From a virus, in the IMG/VR virus record IMGVR_UViG_3300045988_175328, positions 160,001-224,000 of that record: a stretch of DNA of 64,000 nt, one strand, 5' to 3'. Made by a program: the position numbers and the translations under genes. The notes under the pieces are model-generated. The model ran no database searches, was not told the DNA's origin, and saw nothing but the letters and a program-made list of their open reading frames with translations. Positions 10,101 through 18,925 of the stretch are shown in pieces. Position 1 is the stretch's first letter, and the number at the start of each line of letters is the position of its first letter.

Positions 10101-12141
10101 AGCTAAAGCTACTAAGGAAGAATTGGCTGCTAAAGCTAATGCAAGCGACTTAACTCCTTTAGCCACTAAAGAAGAAGTTAATACTAAAGCACAAGAATTA
10201 ACGACAGCTATCGAAGCTAAAACAACTCTTGATGCAGTGAAAGCAGTATATGATCCTAAGATCGAAACTATTAATTCTAAAGATGCTGAGCAAGATGCTA
10301 AGATTCAAGCTAATACTACAGCTCTTGAAGGTAAAGCTAATACATCTGCTTTAGAAACATTAGCAACAAAAGAAGAGGTTGCTGGCAAAGCCGACAAATC
10401 TCAATTGTTAGCTCTTGCTACTAAAGAAGAATTAGCTCTTAAAGCAGATGCTGCTACATTATCTTCTTACTTAACTGGCGAACAAGCTACTGGCTTATAT
10501 GCTCCAAAAGAAGCAACAGCTAATGCTATTGAAGAAGTTAAACGAGATGTTACTACAATTCGTGATACCACAATCGATGCAAAAGTAACAGCTAAACTTG
10601 GCGAAGAATTACCAAAATACCAATTAAAAGGTAATTATGTAACTCGTGAAACTGCTGACGCTACATACCAACCTATCGGTCAATATGTAACGACAGAAAA
10701 AGCTAATGAACTTCATCAAGAAGCATTAGGTAAAGCAGCCGAAGCTAAATCTGCAGCCGATACTGTAACAAATACTGTAACGACTACTCTTCCAACTCTT
10801 GCAACTAAAGAAGAAGTTGGCACCGCTAAAACTGAAGTTCTTTCTTCTGTTGAAGCTGGATACGTTAAAAAAACTGCTCTTGCTGATTACGTTACAACTG
10901 CAAAACATACAGAAGACTTAACAACTAAAGAAACTGAGATTAAAGCCTTCGCCGAAGAAACTTATCTTAAAAAATCTGACGCTAAAAAAGTTGGTCTTAC
11001 TGAACAAGATGTTGACAGCATTGTCGATAATAAATTAGTTGATGTTAAAGAAGCTGTAAAAACAGTAACAGAAATCAAAGCTAATGTCGGTAAAAATCAA
11101 TCTAGCGTAGAAGGCATTATTGCTACTTTATCTGAAAAAGCATCGAAAGAAGAAACTAAAGATCTTGCATCTAAAGTTCTTTTAAATCAAACTAAAGAAG
11201 CATTAGAACAATCTATCCAAGCTCAAGTTCAAGCTTTAGCTGAAGCTAAACAAGCATTAGAACAAGCTATTTCTTCTCAACATGATTCTGATATCGCGGC
11301 ATTCCAAACTAAAGCTGATTTCGCGACATGGTTAACTGATACTTATACAGCAGCTATTAATCAAATCAAAACTGATATGATGACAGCTGAAAAAACTGGT
11401 ACAGCTATCGACGAAAAATTAAAAACTTTCCGCACAACATTAGATTCTGTATTCCAACCTATCGGTGATTACATTACTCGTGAAGAGTTTAATCGCAACA
11501 CTCCTGGTTATATCACTAAAACAGAATCTGATCGTTTGTATCAAGGTATTGGTAACTATGCAACAGCTACTGATGTTGAATCTCAAATCAATGCTGTTAA
11601 ACAAACTATTCAAGGTATTCAATCTGCAGCTAATAATGCATTAACTCTTGATGGAGCTAAAGCAGTATTCGCGTTGAAAGGTGATTATTTCACTCGTGCC
11701 GATCTTGAAACTATTGCTAAAGATTCTGCTTTTGCAACAGTTATCAATCAAGCGATTGCTTCTCAAAACTTCTTAGACTCTGCAACAGCAGAATCTCGTT
11801 ACCAACGTAAAGGTAATTTTGCAACAAAAGAAGAAGTTCAACAATTAATCGATGGCGCAGGATTATCCTCTGATCAAAGTGCAGCTCTTGCTAAACTTGA
11901 AGGTTTCGATAAAGCAAACTATGTTCTTAAAGAAACTTACGATACTAAAGTTCAAGCTCTTCAAGCTGAGATCGATGCTCTTAAATCTAAACCAGCAGTA
12001 GCACAATCTGGTGCAGCTGCTACTCGTCCATCTCAAAATCTAGTTGCTGGACAAATGTTCTTCAATACTGACACAAAAGCAATGGAATACTACGATGGCA
12101 CTCAATGGGTATCTCCATTAACAGCTACTCGTATTTCTTAA
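7129..12141 (+). CDS. Giant repetitive phage tail fibre protein (1670 aa)
   Basis: Ala/Lys/Glu coiled-coil followed by repeated LATKEE(L/V)xAKANASDLTS units and 'TYQPKGEY' motifs; C-terminus 'RPSQNLVAGQMFFNTDTKAMEYYDGTQWVSP' typical of phage fibres. Confidence 0.8.
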   Translation: MLKSRIHFGLYDPRKDRGINFNGGNGGSVTPSAPTTDLTDLSNAVKAADQAVKAAEQKLAETKATADSNKEKTAENNSLAKAAQAAADVAKASAELAKAEAAAAKAKGEEAVGLANAGTAKANEVEAKAQEAKVAADAAKEAADAAKAAIEEVKALAQEAKQKAEQAAAGNATPSAPASDPAAARKAEEAKQEAAAAKAAVEEAKPKVEAAKQAADEAKAKAEELGPKIEEAKTLARKAQEDANLAKAGLEEVKPKIDAAKQTAEDAKTKADEAKAAIDGLKEKNDELKQKVNEALTAVQGQNDGISEAKTKAADALGKANETLQKFPVLDAKVDTAKEVAEAAKAKANEVEAIANAANEAALATNRAISELTPKVEEAKTLATEAKEKANEVEGKATEAKTAAGEATAKAEAADTKAQGVKEAVDTLKQEIAADKENIKATYLPKTEAAAMYQPKGEYVSLTELAEKIREANDGDLKATDADAKYATKAEIEALNKAMTPEAVAQIKKAIQVLQDNPDLMEQIAKKANADTVYTKEQMDHDLQELRKLITDLETKVKEPGEAPDLTQFVKLSELSEKVLALVDLTPYLTKEEAERTYLKKVDLPDIEAIKTQLATKLDESALQTVTQTLELLVTDVQANKADVLKYKQQITEANDNAAAAKAKAEGLEPRVAGIEEKQEFVKRTVMEASAKADAAGGQIQSIREFIDNLHVPEVSGFATKKEVAGKADKSQLEALATKEELGAKANASDLTSLATKEEVAAKANASDLTSLATKEEVAAKANASDLTSLATKEELQAKANASDLTSLATKEELATKANASDLTPLATKEEVNAVDTKATGLTTRVETLENATHFTKAEADEAYQPKGEYALKSQLDAIAGLDSATVEKLKAMLTDLEANGNVAAIVEKLGKVYTKEEANGLLAALATKEEIADVVKSPALAALKQELETAIEANATKEELAAKANASDLTPLATKEELTAKAQELTTVIEAKATKEELAAKANASDLTPLATKEEVNTKAQELTTAIEAKTTLDAVKAVYDPKIETINSKDAEQDAKIQANTTALEGKANTSALETLATKEEVAGKADKSQLLALATKEELALKADAATLSSYLTGEQATGLYAPKEATANAIEEVKRDVTTIRDTTIDAKVTAKLGEELPKYQLKGNYVTRETADATYQPIGQYVTTEKANELHQEALGKAAEAKSAADTVTNTVTTTLPTLATKEEVGTAKTEVLSSVEAGYVKKTALADYVTTAKHTEDLTTKETEIKAFAEETYLKKSDAKKVGLTEQDVDSIVDNKLVDVKEAVKTVTEIKANVGKNQSSVEGIIATLSEKASKEETKDLASKVLLNQTKEALEQSIQAQVQALAEAKQALEQAISSQHDSDIAAFQTKADFATWLTDTYTAAINQIKTDMMTAEKTGTAIDEKLKTFRTTLDSVFQPIGDYITREEFNRNTPGYITKTESDRLYQGIGNYATATDVESQINAVKQTIQGIQSAANNALTLDGAKAVFALKGDYFTRADLETIAKDSAFATVINQAIASQNFLDSATAESRYQRKGNFATKEEVQQLIDGAGLSSDQSAALAKLEGFDKANYVLKETYDTKVQALQAEIDALKSKPAVAQSGAAATRPSQNLVAGQMFFNTDTKAMEYYDGTQWVSPLTATRIS
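9334..9603 (+). repeat. Five consecutive 54-bp (18-aa) coding repeats in the giant fibre gene
   Basis: Unit L-A-T-K-E-E-(L/V)-x-(A/T)-K-A-N-A-S-D-L-T-(S/P); synonymous differences between units. Confidence 0.85.
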
Positions 12142-12156
12142 TCTAATTATTAATTA

Positions 12157-12186
12157 AGAGGCGGTTTAACTGCCGCCTCTTTTTTA
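12157..12186 (+). terminator. Rho-independent terminator
   Basis: AGAGGCGG-TTTAACTG-CCGCCTCT followed by T run. Confidence 0.9.
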
Positions 12187-12204
12187 CTTAAGAAAGGAAA
12201 TTTT

Positions 12205-13125
12205 ATGTCAGAAAAAGACGTTAAAAAAATTGCGTTCTGTTCTTTAGATGAATATAAAACAATTCAAAAAGAAGAAGGAACGGAATATATTATCGACGCT
12301 GCCGATATTTCTGAAGCGATTACAAATAGTGACGCAATTGATCCTGGGCATTCATCAGAAAGCCATACGTCTAAAGAAGAGGTATGTAAATTTCCAGTTT
12401 TTGTTAGAAGATTTTTTGTCCGAAAAGAATCTGATGAAGAAGGCGCTAGTTATTTTTGTGTAGATGTTCATAAAACTTTTGGCGGGTATAAACAAGAATT
12501 AAAAAGTGATAATTATTTTTATTTATCAAAAAGTCATTTTTCTAATATTGATTTTTCTACTAATTCTCATTTTGAACATACTGTAAAAACAATTACATCT
12601 TATGGAAAAAAATATTATATTCATTATTTTAAGATGATCCCACATTCTGGAGCAGAAAGCTCAGCCTTTACTATGGGAAGCTATAAGAGTAAATATAATA
12701 TTTATTTGTCTACTTCTTTAAATGTTCCATCTGATTATATTAAAATTTATGAATCATATAATTTAGATAACATCAGTATTTATAATGAAGAACTTGATCT
12801 TGAGCCATATATTTATCTTGATGATATGAAGTATGGTTATACTCAACCGTTTATTATAGAAGCTACCTCTGAAGAAATTCCAGAACAGTATCGAGAAAAA
12901 TTTGAAGAATATAAACATAAATTCATAGATCATTTCAATCAATCTAAAATGAAATTTTATGTTATACCAAAAGAATATGGTAAGTACATTAATATCGACG
13001 AGCGAGATTTTCAAGATTCAAAGTTATTCGAAAAAGATATTTTTTTTGATAATTACAATAACATTCCTGAAGATCAAGAGTATTTATTTTTAATGATGTA
13101 TTTTCAAGAATTTAAATTAAATTAA
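12205..13125 (+). CDS. Putative fibre-associated protein, paralogue 1
   Basis: N-terminus 'KIAFCSLDEYKTIQKEEGTEYIIDAADISEAITNSDAIDPGHSSE' nearly repeated in next ORF. Confidence 0.5.
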   Translation: MSEKDVKKIAFCSLDEYKTIQKEEGTEYIIDAADISEAITNSDAIDPGHSSESHTSKEEVCKFPVFVRRFFVRKESDEEGASYFCVDVHKTFGGYKQELKSDNYFYLSKSHFSNIDFSTNSHFEHTVKTITSYGKKYYIHYFKMIPHSGAESSAFTMGSYKSKYNIYLSTSLNVPSDYIKIYESYNLDNISIYNEELDLEPYIYLDDMKYGYTQPFIIEATSEEIPEQYREKFEEYKHKFIDHFNQSKMKFYVIPKEYGKYINIDERDFQDSKLFEKDIFFDNYNNIPEDQEYLFLMMYFQEFKLN

Positions 13126-13134
13126 TAGGTAAAG

Positions 13135-14079
13135 ATGTCTCAAGATAAAGTAAATAAAATTGTATTTTGTTCTTTAGATGAGTATAAAACTCTAAGTAAG
13201 GAAGAAAATACAGGATATATAATCGATGCTAAAGATGTCTCTGAGGCTATTACAAACAGTGATACTATAGAATCTGGTGGACATAGTTCTGAAGGTCATT
13301 CTGTCGATCCGAATCAAGAACCTGATTTTATCTGGCTGCCACATCTTTATAAAAAGTTTGATTTACAAAATGTAAAAGAGCCAGCATCTTTAGAATATGA
13401 AACGAATAATCCAAGTAGAATTGGGTATGCGAAACCAGTTATTTTTCAAGGGACATTAAAAAATAAGCAAATACAATTACTCGATAATGTAATTAATTAC
13501 GATGCTTTAACTGAAGTTAATATCGGCAATATTTCAATCGACAAATTTAATAATTTGTCTCTTTTGAGGATTCCACTAAATAAAGAGAAGTTGCCCTTTT
13601 TCTTTAAAGGCAATACTCAAGAGAAAATTTTTCCTGTGTTATCTACACTTTCTGAGTCTACTTCTTCTTCTGAATTTCCAATTCCTTTTGTTTATTATTC
13701 TGTAGGAGAATCTAGTTCATTTTCCTTTTCTGCTAATGATCGGGACTATTATTTTAGCAATCCTATATATAATTCTACCGATAAAACATCTGAATGGAGT
13801 TTTTATCTTGATGAAGAAAGAAATTATTACATTCAAAGTTCTTTTATCGAAACAAAAGAAATAAAAGAAATGCAAGATGGACCAGAAAAAGAAGCAGCTA
13901 AAAAAGAAAGAAAAACAAAGCTAGTTGAAAAGCTAAAGAATCAGAATAATTTATTTTACTTCTGTGGAGTCGATTATTTCCAATTTAGTAATATTCAAGA
14001 GCCTCCTGATGCTGAAAATTTTAATTGGTTTAACATTGGAGATTTAAAAGTACGATTCAAAAAACTTCACCGTTCCTAA
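13135..14079 (+). CDS. Putative fibre-associated protein, paralogue 2
   Basis: N-terminus 'KIVFCSLDEYKTLSKEENTGYIIDAKDVSEAITNSDTIESGGHSSEGH'. Confidence 0.5.
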   Translation: MSQDKVNKIVFCSLDEYKTLSKEENTGYIIDAKDVSEAITNSDTIESGGHSSEGHSVDPNQEPDFIWLPHLYKKFDLQNVKEPASLEYETNNPSRIGYAKPVIFQGTLKNKQIQLLDNVINYDALTEVNIGNISIDKFNNLSLLRIPLNKEKLPFFFKGNTQEKIFPVLSTLSESTSSSEFPIPFVYYSVGESSSFSFSANDRDYYFSNPIYNSTDKTSEWSFYLDEERNYYIQSSFIETKEIKEMQDGPEKEAAKKERKTKLVEKLKNQNNLFYFCGVDYFQFSNIQEPPDAENFNWFNIGDLKVRFKKLHRS

Positions 14080-14098
14080 TTAATAGAAAGAGATACCG

Positions 14099-14452
14099 TT
14101 GAGCTTACTTAGTTTTACCTTCGCAGAGATTCTATCCCTCGTCATTGGTTGTATCACTATTTGCGGTACAATCATTGGGGCCTACGACAAACGGATCTCT
14201 GTCTTACGAGACAATGAAATACTTAAACTTCGTCTCGAATTAGAATCAGTTTATAAAGACAATCGACATACCGTCGAAATGAATACTGACGCTATCAATA
14301 CATTAGCTCTCAGTATTAATAAGCTTAATGAAGCCGTTGACTTAATGCAAGAAAAAATGGTTAATTTAACGGCTGAGCAAAGCGCAGTCAAAGAGTCTCT
14401 TAAAATTGCGCATAAACGTATCACAGAGCTCCACGACTATCACCATCAATAA
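14099..14452 (+). CDS. Membrane-anchored coiled-coil protein (possible haemolysin XhlA/holin-accessory type)
   Basis: N-terminal hydrophobic helix 'ILSLVIGCITICGTIIGAY' then long coiled coil. Confidence 0.45.
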   Translation: MSLLSFTFAEILSLVIGCITICGTIIGAYDKRISVLRDNEILKLRLELESVYKDNRHTVEMNTDAINTLALSINKLNEAVDLMQEKMVNLTAEQSAVKESLKIAHKRITELHDYHHQ

Positions 14453-14457
14453 TATTT

Positions 14458-14492
14458 CGGGCGGGATATTATCATATATCTCGCCCCTTTTT
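14458..14492 (+). terminator. Rho-independent terminator
   Basis: GGGCGGGATAT-TATCAT-ATATCTCGCCC then TTTTT. Confidence 0.85.
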
Positions 14493-14506
14493 ACTAACAA
14501 AAAGGA

Positions 14507-16885
14507 TTGTTAATGTCAGAAAATATTAAAGATATTCGATTAGTTACTGCCGAAAAATATAAAGAGTTTACGACAGATAATATATCTGACGATAACATTG
14601 CATATCTTATCAATTCTGGTGAACTTCTTCTTAAAACAGAATTTGATACGTTCAAAGAAACAGTTCCGACAAAAGAACAAGTTTCTTCGACATATGCAGA
14701 AAAAACATCTTTAGCTCCTTACGAAACTAAAGAGAATGCCGAAGCTCTTTATTTAAAAAAGAGTGACGCAGAAACTACGTATTTGCAACCAAAAGATTTA
14801 GAAAATATTCCTAAAAAATCTGACTTAAATCTATATCTTACAAAAGAATCGGCTTCTTCTGCTTACGCGACAAAAGAAGAAATAGGTACTTTTATTACGA
14901 CAGAAACTGCAGAGAGAGCTTTTCTAAAAAAAGAAACTGCCGATTCTACGTATGCAGCAAAATCTGAAATTCCAGATGTAAGCTCTTTTCTTACAAGTAA
15001 AACGGCAGAAGAAACATACGCTAAAAAAGATCAGCTCAATAATTTATTAACGACAGATGTCGCTGACTCTACGTATTTAAAACAAGACACTGCGTCTTCT
15101 ACATATGCATTAAAATCAGAGATTCCGGCTTTAGATCCGTATGTAACAAAAGATTCAGCGAACTCTACATATGCCTTAAAAACAGATCTTAACAATATAC
15201 CGACAGAAGCATCTATTTCTGAAACATACGTAAAGAAAACAGATCTTAACCTCGATACATATGTAACGAAAGATACAGCGTCTTCTACTTACGCGACAAA
15301 AGAAGAGTTAACTCCTCTTTTAAGATCTGCTTCTGCCGAAGAAACGTACCTTAAAAAAGCTGACCTTAATCTTGATCCATACTTAACTAAAGATACGGCT
15401 TCTTCCTCTTATGCGACTAAAAATGAAATCGCTAATTTCTTAACGGAAACATCTGCCGATTCTTCTTATGCTAAGAAAGAAGAGTTAACTCCTCTTTTAA
15501 CAACAGCCGCTGCCGAAGAAACATATCTTAAGAAGAATGATGTTCATCTCGATACATATCTTACAAAAGATACAGCATCTTCAACTTATGCATTAAAAAC
15601 AGATCTTACTCCATTTGTGACAACTGAATCTATTGAAGCTACTTATTTAAAGAAATCTGATAGCGAAAATTTCTTAACTAAGAATATTGCTTCTTCTACA
15701 TACTTAAGTAAAACTGATGCTGAGTCTCTTTACATTCCTAAAACAGAAGAACAATCTTTCTTAAAAACAGAAACTGCAGATTCTGTATATTTAACTAAAA
15801 ATGATGCAGAGTCTACTTATATGAAAAAAGGATCGGCGCTAACTGAAGAAGAAGCGAATTCTCTTTTCGCCAAAAAATCAGAAATCCCGACTGGTTATGC
15901 TGCGCAATCAGAAGTAGAATCGACATACTTAAAAAAATCTGATGCAGAGTCCACGTATTTAAAGACAGCAACGGCTGCTTCTACGTACGCATTAAAATCT
16001 CAGATTCCTTCTGCCGATACGTTCGTAACGAAAGAATCGGCTGAAAAAACATATTTAAAATCTGCTGATGCTGATACTAAGTATGCTTTAAAATCTGAGG
16101 TTGGTTCTTCTACAGCAAGCGGTTCTTTTACAAAAGAAATAGCCGATAACACATATTTATCGAAAGAGACTGCAGAATCTACATACTTAAAAACAGCAAC
16201 AGCTGCTTCTACGTATGCGTTAAAATCTAGTATCCCTTCCTTATCTGATTATTTAACAAAAGATTCGGCGGCATCTACATATTTAACGACCGCAAAGGCC
16301 GATGAAGTTTATCAAAAAAAATCAGAATTAATTACTGCTCTTGATAACTATGTTACAAAAAAACTTGCGAACGAAACTTTTGTTACACAAGATTCTTTAA
16401 ATAAACAAAAAGTTCTACTTCATTCTATAAAAGAAATTACTCCGCAAGGCGTTAAAGGTACTGCTAAGATTTCTTTTAATCGTACTGATAATATTGTTCA
16501 AGTAACATTTGGCGGTCTTTCTTGGGGCATGTTCAATGTTCTTCCATTTGATCAACTCAAGAAAACTCGTGAAGTAAATGGATATAAATGGTTCATGTTC
16601 ACGAAAACAAGCAACAACCGAGATTACACTCATACTCATGTTGTTCCTGAAGGATATCGATCTGAAGGTTCCGTCATTACAACAATCTGTCTCGATAGCG
16701 GCGAACCGATCGGAACTATGTATCTCGGCGGCAAAGATGATATGAATATTATTGTACTTCGTATTGCTAACGATAAAGTACAAAGTGCTCTTGACAAAGG
16801 ATTCCGAGTATCCCCAGCATTCTATCTTACTACCGATGCTCTTCCTCAAGAAACACGCGGTAATAAAATTCAGGTACCACAATAA
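14507..16885 (+). CDS. Repetitive phage tail fibre protein (792 aa)
   Basis: Repeats 'YLTKDTASSTYALKTDL', 'YLKKSDAESTYLKTATAASTYALKS' plus globular C-terminus. Confidence 0.75.
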   Translation: MLMSENIKDIRLVTAEKYKEFTTDNISDDNIAYLINSGELLLKTEFDTFKETVPTKEQVSSTYAEKTSLAPYETKENAEALYLKKSDAETTYLQPKDLENIPKKSDLNLYLTKESASSAYATKEEIGTFITTETAERAFLKKETADSTYAAKSEIPDVSSFLTSKTAEETYAKKDQLNNLLTTDVADSTYLKQDTASSTYALKSEIPALDPYVTKDSANSTYALKTDLNNIPTEASISETYVKKTDLNLDTYVTKDTASSTYATKEELTPLLRSASAEETYLKKADLNLDPYLTKDTASSSYATKNEIANFLTETSADSSYAKKEELTPLLTTAAAEETYLKKNDVHLDTYLTKDTASSTYALKTDLTPFVTTESIEATYLKKSDSENFLTKNIASSTYLSKTDAESLYIPKTEEQSFLKTETADSVYLTKNDAESTYMKKGSALTEEEANSLFAKKSEIPTGYAAQSEVESTYLKKSDAESTYLKTATAASTYALKSQIPSADTFVTKESAEKTYLKSADADTKYALKSEVGSSTASGSFTKEIADNTYLSKETAESTYLKTATAASTYALKSSIPSLSDYLTKDSAASTYLTTAKADEVYQKKSELITALDNYVTKKLANETFVTQDSLNKQKVLLHSIKEITPQGVKGTAKISFNRTDNIVQVTFGGLSWGMFNVLPFDQLKKTREVNGYKWFMFTKTSNNRDYTHTHVVPEGYRSEGSVITTICLDSGEPIGTMYLGGKDDMNIIVLRIANDKVQSALDKGFRVSPAFYLTTDALPQETRGNKIQVPQ

Positions 16886-17145
16886 TGAAAAATCTTTTTA
16901 AAATGATGCTCTATGAAAACGATCAGTTAAGCTACACACGAATCATTTCGTTCACTTTACTTTTACTGCTTGTATTCGTAACACTTTATCTTGTAATTTC
17001 TGATACGGCTTGGCAGCATTATGAGACACTTGCCGGCATTGCTGGCGGCGGATCAACAGCTACACAAGTCGCGAATAAATTAATTAACAGTAAATACAAT
17101 TCGGCAGTTGGATCTTACGAACAAAAAAGCGATCGAGAAATATGA
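16885..17145 (+). CDS. Holin-like small membrane protein
   Basis: Hydrophobic helix 'RIISFTLLLLLVFVTLYLVISDTAWQHYETLAGIAGGGSTATQVANKL' typical of phage holin-family proteins; two genes before amidase. Confidence 0.55.
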   Translation: MKNLFKMMLYENDQLSYTRIISFTLLLLLVFVTLYLVISDTAWQHYETLAGIAGGGSTATQVANKLINSKYNSAVGSYEQKSDREI

Positions 17146-18350
17146 GAAAAATAAAAGCACCAAAATTAAAAATTAATGTGCTTTCCTCTGAAGACTTTAA
17201 GAGAGCGTCGACAAACGCTCTCTTTAAAGATAGCGAAGTATATATCCTCTCGAAGGACTCCATACTGGATCTTTACCGAGATTTAACTTCGCTCTCTCAA
17301 GGAAAGCAAACTAAATTACATCCGAAAAATACTTCGATTCTTTTATCGCCGAACGGCGAGATCGAAGCTAATATAGATTTATCTCCGTACTACACACGAT
17401 CCGAAGCGTTAAAACAATTCGTATCACGTAGCGAACAGCCCGATAATAGCTACTATTCTAATTTAGTACGGGATTTCTTTAAAGCCGATAAGATTAAAGG
17501 CGCCGGTCTTATTAATGTGACTCGGAATGAAGATGTTTACACCGTATCGTCTTCAATGCCGTTCTCGTTTGATAATAACCGCATCCATATTGGCGACGGT
17601 ACTGGCGGTAATGCCGGTACAACAATTGGCCATAACTCTTCGGCACAGCATTCTAATTCTGTAGCTCTTGGCTCCGATTCGGTTGCTACGCTTCCGAATG
17701 AAGTATCGGTTGGCAACTCTCAAACTAAACGTAAAATTACGAATGTCGATAAAGGTGTTGAACCAACTGATGTCGTAACGGTAGCTCAATTACAAGAAGC
17801 AATTAATACTGTTAAAAATAATCTTACGAATATTGCTTCTCAGCTTTATCCGATCGGGGCTGTTTACATTACAGTACTTACTCATAACCCGACCGATCTT
17901 TTCGGTGGTCAGTGGGTTAAGCTTCCGGCCGGCAAAATGCTTATTAATGAAGGCGACGGATTTAATCTTAATGAAATCGGCGGCGAGAAAGAGCATGTAT
18001 TAACTGAAGCCGAGATGCCAGGGCATGCACATGTATTAGATGGCAAAGGAAGAATTCAAACAAATACTGTTGAACTAAAGGGGAATATCTCTTATTCTCA
18101 ATCTGGTGACAATGGAGGTGGCTTAGCTAAATATAGATCATCTAATGGTATTGTTAAAGTTGAATCTTATTACGGAGAACAGACAAGAAAAGGTGATAGT
18201 GGAGATTCTGCTATTAATCTTAATATTGATGCTTCTCACTCTCATATATTAGATTTGTCTTCTCTATCAATGCAACGAGCCGGCTCCTCTGTGGCTCATA
18301 ACAATATGCCACCATATCTTGTCGTTAATATGTGGAAACGTGTCGGTTAA
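17142..18350 (+). CDS. Tail fibre with YadA-like head/neck segment and C-terminal collar-type (gp12-like) domain
   Basis: 'IGHNSSAQHSNSVALGSDSVATLPNEVSVGNSQTKRKITNVDKGVEPTDVVTVAQLQEAI' plus 'IGAVYITVLTHNPTDLFGGQWVKLPAGKML...GHAH..NNMPPYLVVNMWKRVG'. Confidence 0.8.
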   Translation: MRKIKAPKLKINVLSSEDFKRASTNALFKDSEVYILSKDSILDLYRDLTSLSQGKQTKLHPKNTSILLSPNGEIEANIDLSPYYTRSEALKQFVSRSEQPDNSYYSNLVRDFFKADKIKGAGLINVTRNEDVYTVSSSMPFSFDNNRIHIGDGTGGNAGTTIGHNSSAQHSNSVALGSDSVATLPNEVSVGNSQTKRKITNVDKGVEPTDVVTVAQLQEAINTVKNNLTNIASQLYPIGAVYITVLTHNPTDLFGGQWVKLPAGKMLINEGDGFNLNEIGGEKEHVLTEAEMPGHAHVLDGKGRIQTNTVELKGNISYSQSGDNGGGLAKYRSSNGIVKVESYYGEQTRKGDSGDSAINLNIDASHSHILDLSSLSMQRAGSSVAHNNMPPYLVVNMWKRVG

Positions 18351-18367
18351 TACGAAAGGATTTCTTA

Positions 18368-18925
18368 ATGCAATTAACTAAAGATCAATTACTTAATACA
18401 TGCGAAGAACAAGGCTATAATAATACAAAGATTACTCTTCATTGGTCAGCCGGCCATTATGATCAGTTATTCGATGACTATCATCTTTGTATCGATGGTA
18501 ATGGTAACTTCCATCAGATGAAAGATTTTAGTGAAGTCGGCGCCCATTGCTATCGTGAGAATACGAATAACTTCGGCATCTCGGTATGCTCGAACTACAA
18601 TTCCGGCCTCTACGAAAACTCTCCGGGATATTTTACGTACGAACCAGGACCAGAACCTGTTAATTATAATCAACTCGAATCGCTTGCACATGCTGTAGCC
18701 GTATGCTGCGTTACTTGGGGATTACCGTTATCGCAAGTATTTACTCACGGCGAACGTTGTTTAATTCGTCAAGACCTCTACGACTACGAAACAGAACGTT
18801 GGGATCTCGATATCCTCGTTCCAGAATGTCACGTACGCAAGACATCGCCAACGACAACATCTGGTGGCGACTGGATTCGTAACCGAGCACGAGAACTTGC
18901 TAAGAGCTGGGGGACGGAGCTCTAA
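18368..18925 (+). CDS. N-acetylmuramoyl-L-alanine amidase (Amidase_2 type), endolysin
   Basis: 'ITLHWSAGHYDQLFDDYHLCIDGNGNFHQM...GAHCYRENTNNFGISVCSNYNS...LAHAVAVCCVTWGLPLSQVFTHGE'; ATG at 18368 preferred to track start 18332. Confidence 0.85.
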   Translation: MQLTKDQLLNTCEEQGYNNTKITLHWSAGHYDQLFDDYHLCIDGNGNFHQMKDFSEVGAHCYRENTNNFGISVCSNYNSGLYENSPGYFTYEPGPEPVNYNQLESLAHAVAVCCVTWGLPLSQVFTHGERCLIRQDLYDYETERWDLDILVPECHVRKTSPTTTSGGDWIRNRARELAKSWGTEL

